Shown piece by piece: positions 39,691 to 48,275 of a stretch of DNA of 64,000 nucleotides; within the stretch, counting starts at the first letter, position 1, and each line of letters opens with the position of its first letter. Below the pieces are notes generated by a model. It was not told the origin of the DNA. It saw only the letters and a program-made list of their open reading frames with translations, and searched no databases. Source of the stretch: a bacterium (GTDB lineage Bacteria; Fidelibacterota; Fidelibacteria; Fidelibacterales; Fidelibacteraceae). The translations under genes and the position numbers were made by a program. The stretch covers positions 896,001-960,000 of the forward strand of contig OY781066.1 in the NCBI GenBank assembly GCA_963676395.1, read 5' to 3'.

Positions 39691-40170
39691 TTGAAAGAAA
39701 ACCGGAAACACATCATTGACAAATGGATCGTCCAATACTATGATGCAGTATTGGGCATGGCGCTACGCCTTACGGGCAACCGTGACGATGCTGAGGATTG
39801 CGCTCAGGATGTGTTCGTGAAAGCATGGAAAAAATATTCCAGCTTTCGCGGTGACTCACATCCTTTGGCCTGGTTGAAAACCATTACATACAACACATGC
39901 TACAATCATCTCAACCGAAATAAATCCAAAACTTGGAATGAAATGGATGAAAACCGTCATTCCAAAGAGCAGATACCCGAAGGACAAAAACGCGGCTTCG
40001 ACCCCAAGCACCTAGAAGTGCTTTCAGTCGGTGAGCGAGCAGTACTTCTTGCCAGAATATACGACGGTTTGAGCTTTAAAGAAGTTGCAGCGACATTAAA
40101 TACAAGCGAGAATAGCGCCAAAGTGAGCTATCATAACGCAATAAAGAAATTACGAAAGGTCATGTTATGA
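39691..40170 (+). CDS. ECF sigma-70 factor
   Basis: DAEDCAQDVF.KAW, WL..I..N, region 4 GLSFKEVA..L. Confidence 0.9.
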   Translation: MKENRKHIIDKWIVQYYDAVLGMALRLTGNRDDAEDCAQDVFVKAWKKYSSFRGDSHPLAWLKTITYNTCYNHLNRNKSKTWNEMDENRHSKEQIPEGQKRGFDPKHLEVLSVGERAVLLARIYDGLSFKEVAATLNTSENSAKVSYHNAIKKLRKVML

Positions 40171-40649
40171 CATGCAAAGAGATACAGGAATTACTTCCTG
40201 ATATTATTAATAACCCGGGAATGCACCCCGAAGCAGAAGCACATATTAAAAACTGTGCCGATTGCGCCGACGAAATGGCATTCTTGCAAGAATTAAGGGA
40301 AGGTATAAAAGTTACAATACCCGACCCGACTATCACCGAAACGGTGGGGCAAAAAATACGCCTGGCACGACGCATACGCAGAGAGCAAGTCCGCCGTCCT
40401 ATGATCTATGCCGCATCGATGGCTGCCGTTCTTGCCTTAAGCTTGCTAATGCCCGGAATTGTTGGTAATTTACAAGAACCGGTCTTTTATGGTGAATACG
40501 AACCGGAAACCGAAGCGACTATAAAATCACTGGACGTAGATGCCGGCTGGCAGATATCGACCGATGAAATCGCCCTGTACTTGCTCGAAAATGCCGACTT
40601 AGAAACCATCGAGGAACTTGGATTAGAAAACTATCAGGTGACATCATGA
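40167..40649 (+). CDS. Anti-sigma factor (zf-HC2) with TM segment
   Basis: MTC....LL, HxxxCxxC (HIKNCADC), single TM. Confidence 0.85.
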   Translation: MTCKEIQELLPDIINNPGMHPEAEAHIKNCADCADEMAFLQELREGIKVTIPDPTITETVGQKIRLARRIRREQVRRPMIYAASMAAVLALSLLMPGIVGNLQEPVFYGEYEPETEATIKSLDVDAGWQISTDEIALYLLENADLETIEELGLENYQVTS

Positions 40650-41119
40650 AAAAATTCGTTATTATTGTTTTATCCCTTACACTCATGCTTGGGCTGAATG
40701 CTCAGGATATGAAAAATATTGAAAACTACCGGATCTATAAAATGTCCGAATATCTTGACCTAAGTCCCAAACAGGCCGAGAAATTTTTCCCGCTCATGCG
40801 CGAATATGAACGCGACCTGAAAAATATCAAGATTGAAGAAGAACGCTTATATGCTGATCTGAAACGCATGCAAAAATCCAATAAGGTCGATGAACGTGAG
40901 CTTGAAAAAGCCATGGACCAAATCGACAAACTCGAACGCGGGCGCACGGACATTAAACACAATTTCCGAAAACGCAGCAGCAAAATATTAAGCCCTAATC
41001 AGATTGCGAAAATGTCCACCTTTGAAAACGATTTTCGCAAGCAACTCAAGCAAACGTATATCCAACGCCAGAAACAAAATTTGCCGAATAACAGGAAACT
41101 GAAAAAGAAGCCACGATAA
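40646..41119 (+). CDS. Periplasmic Spy/CpxP-like helical protein
   Basis: Signal peptide, LDLSPKQAEKF and ILSPNQ motifs; third gene of the ECF locus. Confidence 0.7.
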   Translation: MKKFVIIVLSLTLMLGLNAQDMKNIENYRIYKMSEYLDLSPKQAEKFFPLMREYERDLKNIKIEEERLYADLKRMQKSNKVDERELEKAMDQIDKLERGRTDIKHNFRKRSSKILSPNQIAKMSTFENDFRKQLKQTYIQRQKQNLPNNRKLKKKPR

Positions 41120-41143
41120 TCACAGATCGGAAAATATATAATT

Positions 41144-41171
41144 AGGCACGAAGAAATTCGTGCCTTTTTTT
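41144..41171 (+). terminator. Intrinsic terminator of the ECF operon
   Basis: AGGCACGAA-GAAA-TTCGTGCCT-TTTTTT. Confidence 0.85.
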
Positions 41172-41257
41172 ATACTGAGGTGCGAGGATGTATGTTATGT
41201 CATATCAGTAAGAGCATACGATCACCTACTCATGTCTTACCCGTATAATCCTACTAC

Positions 41258-41914
41258 CTACTCAGATCTCACTGCCCGCATCAACTCATCCGAATACGGC
41301 ACGATCAACTCCTTTAAATCCTCATAACTCTTTCGATCTGGATCCAGCCATTTCATTTCATTTTCGGGCTTCAAAATAAAAGGCATGCGTTTTGCCGAAT
41401 TATGAATTCGCGCCATCAGTGGGTTGGCCGGCATGGTGAGAATGGAGAAACCTTTCCAATCTTTCCAACTATCCCAGATCCCGGCAAAGGCAAAGATGTC
41501 CTGATCGGTATTGATCTTATATTTTACTTTATCGCTAATCGTTTTGGGTGATTTTGGTTCTACTCTGGTTTGCACATGCTTCCACTCATAAAACGCGGTC
41601 GCCGGAATAATACAGCGTCTGTAGCGCATCGACTCCCGAAATGATGGTTTTTCAAAAGCCGATTCGATGCGCGCATTAAGGGTAGACGTCATCAGCTTCT
41701 TAGCCATGGTCTCATTTTTCACCCAGGATGGCACCATACCCCAATTGAACAAATCGATCTGTTGCGGATTGTCTCCGGTGATCACCGCTAATAACGGATG
41801 CGCAAACGCATTAAAATGCTCACCCGGCTTAAAGAGATCCTCCTGAGGAAAATCGGCTTTAAAGCGAGCCTTTAATGTTTTAGCTTTTGCGGTAGCGGCT
41901 AGGTGAAAGCACAT
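41258..41914 (-). CDS. SRAP (YedK/HMCES-like) abasic-site protein
   Basis: Start MCFH at ATG 41914 gives the N-terminal Cys; WG.VP.W, NARIES..EKPSF, RCIIPA..FYEW, IH..RMP.IL. Confidence 0.93.
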   Translation of the reverse strand: MCFHLAATAKAKTLKARFKADFPQEDLFKPGEHFNAFAHPLLAVITGDNPQQIDLFNWGMVPSWVKNETMAKKLMTSTLNARIESAFEKPSFRESMRYRRCIIPATAFYEWKHVQTRVEPKSPKTISDKVKYKINTDQDIFAFAGIWDSWKDWKGFSILTMPANPLMARIHNSAKRMPFILKPENEMKWLDPDRKSYEDLKELIVPYSDELMRAVRSE

Positions 41915-41981
41915 AATTACCTTTAATCGTTTCGATAGATTAAGGGGTTTTGAGGGAAGTTGGAAGTATTTTAAGAAGAAA

Positions 41982-42230
41982 TTATGAATTATCTTTGGTA
42001 TAACCGAAAATATAACCAGCAATTGCTCCTAAAACACCAAAAGCAGGAGCTAAATCAAGAGAATTATCGGGATACAAAGCAACCAACACAATAAATCCAC
42101 TAATAATTGTAATTCCATAAACTTTTAAGTTAAATGGACCAAAACCTGGCTTCATCTGTTTTTTAAGAAATATTATTGCAACTATTTCAATAACCACAAC
42201 TGCAATCAAAACGAAGTAATACATATGCAT
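41982..42230 (-). CDS. Small 3-TM membrane protein
   Basis: 82 aa, GFGPFNLKVYG, AFGVLGAIAGYIFG. Confidence 0.7.
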   Translation of the reverse strand: MHMYYFVLIAVVVIEIVAIIFLKKQMKPGFGPFNLKVYGITIISGFIVLVALYPDNSLDLAPAFGVLGAIAGYIFGYTKDNS

Positions 42231-42247
42231 AAGCTTTCCCCTATTTA

Positions 42248-42763
42248 TTAATGATCAACGTTTTCATCTTCAAACCAAACAACAACAATACCATTATCTT
42301 CATGATATTGTTCAATGTAACTCGTCAATTCTTTTGAAGGTCGTTTAGGGTAAATAATTCCCGGGCAAACACTGATGTTACAATTAATATACTCATTGAT
42401 ATAATTGTAAATCTGACTCTGATGCCGATTTAAATTTCGTTTTATATTCTTAGAAAGAATTTTATCCCAAAATGTATTCTTAATCTCTAATATTGCAACC
42501 ATATCATCCATATCAGTTATTAGAATATCCATTCGACCTCTAGATAAAGAATGGATCTTACTATCATTTTTAAGAACTTTTTCTTTAAGAAATTCACCAC
42601 TCTTATTGGTCTTTTGCCAATGTTCTTGAACAAGCTTGTGAAAGCGTTTACCGGAGGCTAGGATTGGGGGTTGCAATACTTTAAGCTTTTTGAATTGCTT
42701 CTCCTTGGGTTTTGGTAACCTTTGTAGCTTTGCTATTCCCGGCACCTTTAACGGCCCATCCAT
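42248..42763 (-). CDS. PD-(D/E)XK nuclease-fold hypothetical protein (true start uncertain)
   Basis: GKRFH, EK, GRMDIL, ILEIKNT, Q.Y.Y motifs. The first ~28 codons overlap the DUF2188-like remnant in another frame. Confidence 0.65.
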   Translation of the reverse strand: MDGPLKVPGIAKLQRLPKPKEKQFKKLKVLQPPILASGKRFHKLVQEHWQKTNKSGEFLKEKVLKNDSKIHSLSRGRMDILITDMDDMVAILEIKNTFWDKILSKNIKRNLNRHQSQIYNYINEYINCNISVCPGIIYPKRPSKELTSYIEQYHEDNGIVVVWFEDENVDH

Positions 42764-42803
42764 TTGGATGCTTAACGATATGTTGATTCTTACCTTTAGA
42801 CAT
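42681..42803 (-). pseudogene. Truncated DUF2188-like gene
   Basis: AAGGAG RBS then MSKGKNQHIVKHPNGWAVKGAGNSKATKVTKTQGEAIQKA*. Resembles the DUF2188 N-terminus but stops at 40 aa. Confidence 0.7.
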
Positions 42804-43284
42804 TTCGGTCTCCTTGCTATAAGGTTAACGTTTATGCGTAAATAAAATCACCTTAACATAAACTTGCCATTGCTTCATCTCTTCTCCTTTTTTCCCACGC
42901 TAATCAGCTGATATTAAGTTAGAAACAAAATACCGTATTATGCAAATAATAATATTATTTTTTTGTATTTTTACCATATAATGCATTTGTATTACTTTTT
43001 ACTATGATGGCAAATTCATTGTAGTATTTATACACTATGTTGCAGTAAGCAAAGTGATAATTCCAAAAACATTGCTCTATTCAACCCCTTCAGGCTTGAA
43101 TATAATACTGGATAAGGTGGACGCGGTTGACATTGTAAGCAATTGGGCTATTTTACATCATCGTTACCGACTAACACGGACGCTCCCGGACGCGCAGCCG
43201 CTTTTACAGGTCGGTGGGAGTTTGTCTTGGTCTGTGTTAATCATTTGTACATGTTCTGGGCTAAATCTCCCAGAGATATTTGCT

Positions 43285-43353
43285 GTAAGGAACGGTCCAG
43301 TCTACGCTACCCTAGAGTATCCGGGCGCCTGACATGGCTCGACCGTTCTATAC
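43285..43353. repeat. REP palindrome interrupted by nested palindromic insert
   Basis: gtaaggaacggtc [~42 nt insert] cgaccgttctatac, compared with the intact copy at 25597. Confidence 0.65.
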
Positions 43354-43365
43354 AGAGTGCTTAAT

Positions 43366-43977
43366 TCATTTGCGCCTTTCGGAGCGCACCCTATATATTC
43401 TTTCGGTAAAACCGCCATGCTCCTCGAAGTCGCTGGTGAGGTGATTGATTTGTTTTTGGAGAAGAAATTGGGAAACGGTTATTAATGTAATTGCTGCATT
43501 TGCGGCCATTTCGGGGTAGACTGCAGTGGACACTGTGGATTTGGTGGATGTTTGGCCGCTCGCTTTACTAAGTCTATAGCGTCCACTATTGTCCACGACC
43601 CACTGAGCAACTTCATCTGCAGTTTTACAGCGAGCATCTACCAGATTTTGTCTAAAGATATCATCTCTTTCCCAAAGCTCCAAGCCTCTCTGCCTCAAAT
43701 AATCTTCATAGTCTAATTTCAGTTCTTCCAAACTGGCGCGCGCAACATTGGTAAGTTTAATTTCGAATTTCTTGGAGGTACCTGAGGCTTCTGAGCCTTC
43801 GGCAATATTTTGCACACCCGAGCGAGCGGCTTGTACCATTTGGTCGTGAGTGCGACTGCGTATTGATATGTAATTATCGCAAAATCGCACGGTGATATCG
43901 TAAACCAATCGAGCCAATTGAAACGACTTTAGTTTTCGGTAACCGCCATACTTGGGCAATAAAGGTTCCTTTGCCAT
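43366..43977 (-). CDS. Four-helix-bundle (suffix-domain) protein, 23S-IVS-protein/bAvd-like superfamily
   Basis: GGYRKLKSFQ, RTHDQMVQAARSG.QNIAEGS, LTNVARASLEEL..DYED.LRQRGL, F...GGF.ER. Confidence 0.9.
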   Translation of the reverse strand: MAKEPLLPKYGGYRKLKSFQLARLVYDITVRFCDNYISIRSRTHDQMVQAARSGVQNIAEGSEASGTSKKFEIKLTNVARASLEELKLDYEDYLRQRGLELWERDDIFRQNLVDARCKTADEVAQWVVDNSGRYRLSKASGQTSTKSTVSTAVYPEMAANAAITLITVSQFLLQKQINHLTSDFEEHGGFTERIYRVRSERRK

Positions 43978-44047
43978 GTTTCGTCCCCATGATTTTCTAT
44001 GGCAAAATAAGCAGGTATTATTAAGGTAGCAATGACTCTCTTTAAAG

Positions 44048-44063
44048 TGTGATGTGGGTCACA
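44048..44063. promoter_or_regulatory. CRP/FNR-family-like binding site
   Basis: TGTGA-TGTGGG-TCACA with A/T flanks, about 70 bp upstream of the four-helix-bundle gene. Confidence 0.5.
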
Positions 44064-44177
44064 TTTTTCTTTAGCAAACAACACAAACCCAAAGGAGTTG
44101 GATAGTATAATTTATATATCAGAAACGATCATCTCGAGGAATGTCGGGATTCTCTTCATATTGTAATTCTATTAAAC

Positions 44178-44810
44178 CTAAAATTTAACTCCTACTCCCA
44201 ACTCAATAATATGCTTTATGCGATCGGAATTAATATAGTCATCAATCTTGTACCCAAAGCTGATAGCTGTAGATCCTTTGAGACGCCAATTCAAACCGGC
44301 ACCATAACGCAATTTATGCGTCCCGTTTTCAAGGCCATAATAAAGCTCTGCCACAGCATAAGGATCAATCTTTGATCTCCGAATATTATAAGCTCCTTTA
44401 ATGCGAACACGCAAAAAATTTGATAGTCCGTCATCTTCATTGTAATTCGTATACATTACCCTGAGTGCCGGAGTAAAACGACCTATTTCATGTTCGGCTT
44501 CAGAATAAACGGTGATACGATGGGCCAATTCGGTTTCACTGCTATCCTTGAAATTAAATACAGCTTTGTAAGCTACCCCCATATCCAAGACTTTAAGAAG
44601 AGAATATTTGGCTTCAATTTCTCCCAAGGCTTTATCAATACCGTTTTCATCCAATCGTAATTCGGGGACAAGGTAAACCTTTACTTTCTTGATAGGAGAA
44701 AATCGTAAACTTAGGGATACGCGGGATTCGGTTTCGCTTTCGGCATATAAGCCAACGATCATCAGACTTAGTAGTGCGACAGGTGTAAATTTCTTGAAAA
44801 AATTAAACAT
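44178..44810 (-). CDS. Outer-membrane beta-barrel (DUF2490-like)
   Basis: Signal peptide, amphipathic strands, R.R, PY...ELYY, RYGAG, terminal Phe. Confidence 0.7.
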   Translation of the reverse strand: MFNFFKKFTPVALLSLMIVGLYAESETESRVSLSLRFSPIKKVKVYLVPELRLDENGIDKALGEIEAKYSLLKVLDMGVAYKAVFNFKDSSETELAHRITVYSEAEHEIGRFTPALRVMYTNYNEDDGLSNFLRVRIKGAYNIRRSKIDPYAVAELYYGLENGTHKLRYGAGLNWRLKGSTAISFGYKIDDYINSDRIKHIIELGVGVKF

Positions 44811-44813
44811 AAA

Positions 44814-45512
44814 TCAATTTTCTTCCGGAGTAATATGTTCTTGGTCGTCTTCATAATAGTACAAGGTCAAATCAGCAATATCACGCAGATAATCGATCTT
44901 TTGCAAGGTGTAGTGTGTAACATTAATACCGGTACGCTCGCGAATATCTTGCAACAAAGCTTCTTCATCTTTCTTGTGAATCAACTCGATCTTTTCATAT
45001 CGCATGCGAATACTTAACTCGCGACGTGGATTAAATAGTTTTTCAAGAAAAAACAAACCCACCACAACGGCTGCATTCGTTAAGGCCAGTTCAACATAAG
45101 AGACTTTTTTATTCGCCAGCGCATTAATGACGGCAACACCGATGATCACAAACAAATAGGTCATTTCCTTGATTGGAATAGTATCGGTTCGATACCGAAT
45201 AATACCAAAAACAGCAAACAAACCCAGCGCGAACCCCAGCTGAAGTTTAACACTGCTTAGTAAAAAAGTCAGCAAAAACACCGTACCGCCAATAGCTAAA
45301 AAACTTAGAGCAAATTGCTTGGAATTTCCCCTTTTGTTATAAATTTTCCATACAATTAGAAAAATTACGAGCATACAAAAAGAAAATCGCAGTACTAACT
45401 CCAAGGTATCGGCCACATTAATTAATCGAATATCTAAAAAGCGGACATTCTCAAAAAGATCGTTGAGTGCGACAGTCTGTCTTGTACTGTCTGCTGCAAA
45501 TAAATATCCCAT
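44814..45512 (-). CDS. DUF4956-family membrane protein
   Basis: GFALGLFAVFGIIRYRTD.IPIKEMTYLF. Confidence 0.88.
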   Translation of the reverse strand: MGYLFAADSTRQTVALNDLFENVRFLDIRLINVADTLELVLRFSFCMLVIFLIVWKIYNKRGNSKQFALSFLAIGGTVFLLTFLLSSVKLQLGFALGLFAVFGIIRYRTDTIPIKEMTYLFVIIGVAVINALANKKVSYVELALTNAAVVVGLFFLEKLFNPRRELSIRMRYEKIELIHKKDEEALLQDIRERTGINVTHYTLQKIDYLRDIADLTLYYYEDDQEHITPEEN

Positions 45513-45519
45513 AACTCAC

Positions 45520-46299
45520 CTATATGTTGTAAAGATCCGGTTGATCAAGCAACTTACCGATCTCCCGAATCCTTTGTTTAAATCTATTTCTCTTAATATT
45601 TTTATCGGTCAGCACACGCCCCACACAATATTTACTAAAGCCACCCGACTTAATACGTGCATCGCGCAAATAGCGTTTCAAGGATGTGTCCTTCGCCCCT
45701 TTTTCTGATTTCAATTCAAGAATGACTAAAGCATTCATATCAACATCCTGATCGACACCTGAAAAAATCAGATCAATATCAATGGTAGCACGTTCTTTCA
45801 TGTCCTTATTAATGAGAGTCATTCGTGTAAATGTATTTTTCAAAGAAGGTAAAAGCTGTTCATCACAAAAGATCGACCGATCACAGATAAATTTTCCTTC
45901 TTCATCTGTAAAATCCTCTGTTTTATCCGTCGACTTAACACGTTTCTTGATCGTTCGTCCCTGATTGGTTTTAAATTTCACCTCAAGGAAATGATCATCG
46001 GAATCTATGTAATCACGACGGCGAATCTTATATCGATTCAATTTACCGTTGTGATGCAGCGTATACATTTTATTATCCGCTGTATCGAAATACTGCGTGA
46101 CATACTGTTGCCATTGACGACCTTCAATGGTCTGGATCATGTAATCATTCTTAACAGCATTGAAAAGTGCCGGTAATTCCGAGGTATGGAACCAGTATTT
46201 TTTATCCACACGGTTCATCATACGCACTTTTGCCGCTTCTTCAAGAGGGAGCACCTGCATCCCTAAACCCTGAACTATGTTAAATACATTCTCTGACAT
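45520..46299 (-). CDS. VTC/CYTH polyphosphate-polymerase-domain protein
   Basis: R.DKKY, Y.T.YFDT, RYKIRRR.Y, FLEVKFK, ER.T.D, ILELK, FSKYC. Confidence 0.9.
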   Translation of the reverse strand: MSENVFNIVQGLGMQVLPLEEAAKVRMMNRVDKKYWFHTSELPALFNAVKNDYMIQTIEGRQWQQYVTQYFDTADNKMYTLHHNGKLNRYKIRRRDYIDSDDHFLEVKFKTNQGRTIKKRVKSTDKTEDFTDEEGKFICDRSIFCDEQLLPSLKNTFTRMTLINKDMKERATIDIDLIFSGVDQDVDMNALVILELKSEKGAKDTSLKRYLRDARIKSGGFSKYCVGRVLTDKNIKRNRFKQRIREIGKLLDQPDLYNI

Positions 46300-46491
46300 A
46301 ATATTAATCCGATTACAAACTTAAATATAGCCAAAATAAGACTTTATGCGCAAGACTTAACTTCCTGAGATTCAGCCTTCAATCTTGTAACAAAGGGAAC
46401 GTTAAAAACTTGCTAAAAATTATTGATTACATAATATATTTTGGACATAATTATTCTATAAAACAATCGCGACTGTTCGCTGCATATCGGG

Positions 46492-47067
46492 TTAATATTC
46501 CTTCATTGCAGAGATAAGATAATTATGCTCAAAGGTATGATTGATCTTTACATCACAAAAACCTGCAGCAAGTAATTGCGTTTCCACGTCAAGTGGCTCA
46601 ACACGGATATCCATAGGTGGGCCAAACCCCGCTTCGATCTTTTTCCAGTCCGAGATAAGCATTTTTCCACCGGGACAAAGGCATCTATAGCACCCTCGCA
46701 GTACATCCATATGATCATCCAATTCATGATGCAAATTAATACTGATAAAAACATCCACGCTGTCGTTTTCCAACGGAATACTTCCGGGCTGCATAAGCAC
46801 AGGTTCCAAAGCGGAATATTCTCCGGTAAGATTCTCTTTCATGTAGGTGATCATAAATTCGGAAATATCCAATGCGATCACTCGGCTGCCCGGAAACAGC
46901 TTAGTCCATTCTTTAGAATAAAAACCTGTGCCCGCACCAAGATCAGCGACAGTTTTTACATCCAAACCTCCGGCAGCCTCCTTGAAATCCTTAGGCGGCA
47001 GCGCTTTGAAGCGTAAAGGATTATTGAGTTTCTCGAATTTTTTGCTATTGAATTGTTTTTGATTCAT
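46492..47067 (-). CDS. Class I SAM-dependent methyltransferase
   Basis: VADLGAGTG, ALDIS, HHE, PGG...DW, GPP. Confidence 0.88.
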   Translation of the reverse strand: MNQKQFNSKKFEKLNNPLRFKALPPKDFKEAAGGLDVKTVADLGAGTGFYSKEWTKLFPGSRVIALDISEFMITYMKENLTGEYSALEPVLMQPGSIPLENDSVDVFISINLHHELDDHMDVLRGCYRCLCPGGKMLISDWKKIEAGFGPPMDIRVEPLDVETQLLAAGFCDVKINHTFEHNYLISAMKEY

Positions 47068-47168
47068 GGAAGTTGAATTGGGGTTTCAAACCTTTGTTCC
47101 GATTAACATCGCGTAAAGAGCAATTGCACCGAAGCTTCGAGGTTCCTTACATATACTTGTTTCAAGGT

Positions 47169-47408
47169 CTATTTTTCCTCTTCTGGCGACAACAATTCCA
47201 CCACTTTTTCCAAGTCACTTTCTGCGACATGTAATTCAATTTCGGTAAAAGCGGATTGTGGTACACGAAAATTTTGGGAAGGAGCGGTATTAGATGCCCA
47301 AAATTCAATGCCTGCCCGCTCAAGTGTTTCGCTTGCGACTGTAAACAGGTACTTATCAAAATAGGTTCGATACAATACAAATTTTTTGTCTTCCATTGTA
47401 CTCTCCAT
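47169..47408 (-). CDS. Small DUF2007-like protein
   Basis: LERAGIE...IELHVAESDLEK pattern. Confidence 0.6.
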   Translation of the reverse strand: MESTMEDKKFVLYRTYFDKYLFTVASETLERAGIEFWASNTAPSQNFRVPQSAFTEIELHVAESDLEKVVELLSPEEEK

Positions 47409-47409
47409 T

Positions 47410-47832
47410 TTACAACCTAAGGTCTTTTTCGCTAAAGGCTAGAATTGCTCCCGGCAACAAATGAGCAAAAAGCAATAAACCGGCCCCAAGAATTACCGAA
47501 AGTTGAATATCGAATAGAACAAAAACATAAATAATGATCATCACAAAAATTGTGAATATTGCATAAGCCAAGCGCAGGATTTTACCGGACAGTTGAATTT
47601 CACGTTCATCTAAAGAGTCAAAATTATGAGTAAATTTCCATAATCCTGTTACAAAAAAACCGAAAACGTAGGAGATGATTGATAATACAAGGGATGAAAT
47701 ACTGACAATTCTAAGCGAGATAGTCCAGCCTAAGTTCACACCCAATTCATAGGCTGTGATGAGAATAAATAAGCAAATAACCGTAAGCATTACCCAAAAT
47801 CTAACAGTGATGATGTTTATATTTTTATTCAT
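47410..47832 (-). CDS. 4-TM membrane protein with LDERE motif
   Basis: Translationally coupled to the upstream XRE HTH gene. Confidence 0.7.
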   Translation of the reverse strand: MNKNINIITVRFWVMLTVICLFILITAYELGVNLGWTISLRIVSISSLVLSIISYVFGFFVTGLWKFTHNFDSLDEREIQLSGKILRLAYAIFTIFVMIIIYVFVLFDIQLSVILGAGLLLFAHLLPGAILAFSEKDLRL

Positions 47833-48088
47833 TGTTTAGCCCCTTTGACCTTTGTCTCAGCAGATCCGCCAACGACGGAAAAGGCTTGCTTGAAAAAATG
47901 GCGTCCACCGGCACATCGAAAACGTCTGCAATACGAAAAGCCAGATCGAGACTAGGGTTATATTCCTCACGTTCCAGATAACCGATAGTTTGAAAATTAA
48001 CACCGATTATTTTGGCAAGTTCGGCTCTAGACATCCCCTGTTCTTTACGGAGAATCATGATACGATTATAGATTTTTCTGTTTTTCAT
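47825..48088 (-). CDS. XRE/Cro-family HTH regulator
   Basis: NRI..LR...MS..ELA...GV..QTI..LE...YNPSLDLA. Confidence 0.92.
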   Translation of the reverse strand: MKNRKIYNRIMILRKEQGMSRAELAKIIGVNFQTIGYLEREEYNPSLDLAFRIADVFDVPVDAIFSSKPFPSLADLLRQRSKGLNNE

Positions 48089-48109
48089 GATGATAATATA
48101 GGATGTTTT

Positions 48110-48125
48110 ATTGTATATTTACAAT
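48110..48125. promoter_or_regulatory. Candidate XRE operator
   Basis: ATTGTA-TATT-TACAAT inverted repeat 22 bp upstream of the HTH start. Confidence 0.45.
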
Positions 48126-48143
48126 ATTTTATTTTAACTATCG

Positions 48144-48181
48144 AACCGAGTCGGTTGGATATCGAATAAACCGAGTCGGTT
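48144..48181. repeat. Two perfect AACCGAGTCGGTT palindromes 25 bp apart
   Basis: Units start at 48144 and 48169; same family as 14912-14999. Confidence 0.75.
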
Positions 48182-48275
48182 GTTTTATTACCATTCACAC
48201 TATACTTGATATTGAAATCTATTCTCCCTATATTTCTCCCGAAGTTATTATTTAGTTACCAAATAAGGAGTTGTC

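Noticed and set aside
41915..42022. N-terminal extension of SRAP in the ORF track
   Set aside because: SRAP needs Cys at position 2; the extension overlaps the upstream gene.
42681..42700. Programmed -1 frameshift joining the DUF2188-like ORF to the nuclease at CAAAAAG
   Set aside because: The nuclease is in the +1 frame relative to the small ORF, so a -1 slip would not join them.
43054..43364. ORF-track 92-aa and 73-aa ORFs
   Set aside because: They run through REP and periodic repeats with no protein-like features.
43366..43977. Diversity-generating retroelement (bAvd-like gene)
   Set aside because: No reverse transcriptase and no TR/VR repeat pair seen in the window.
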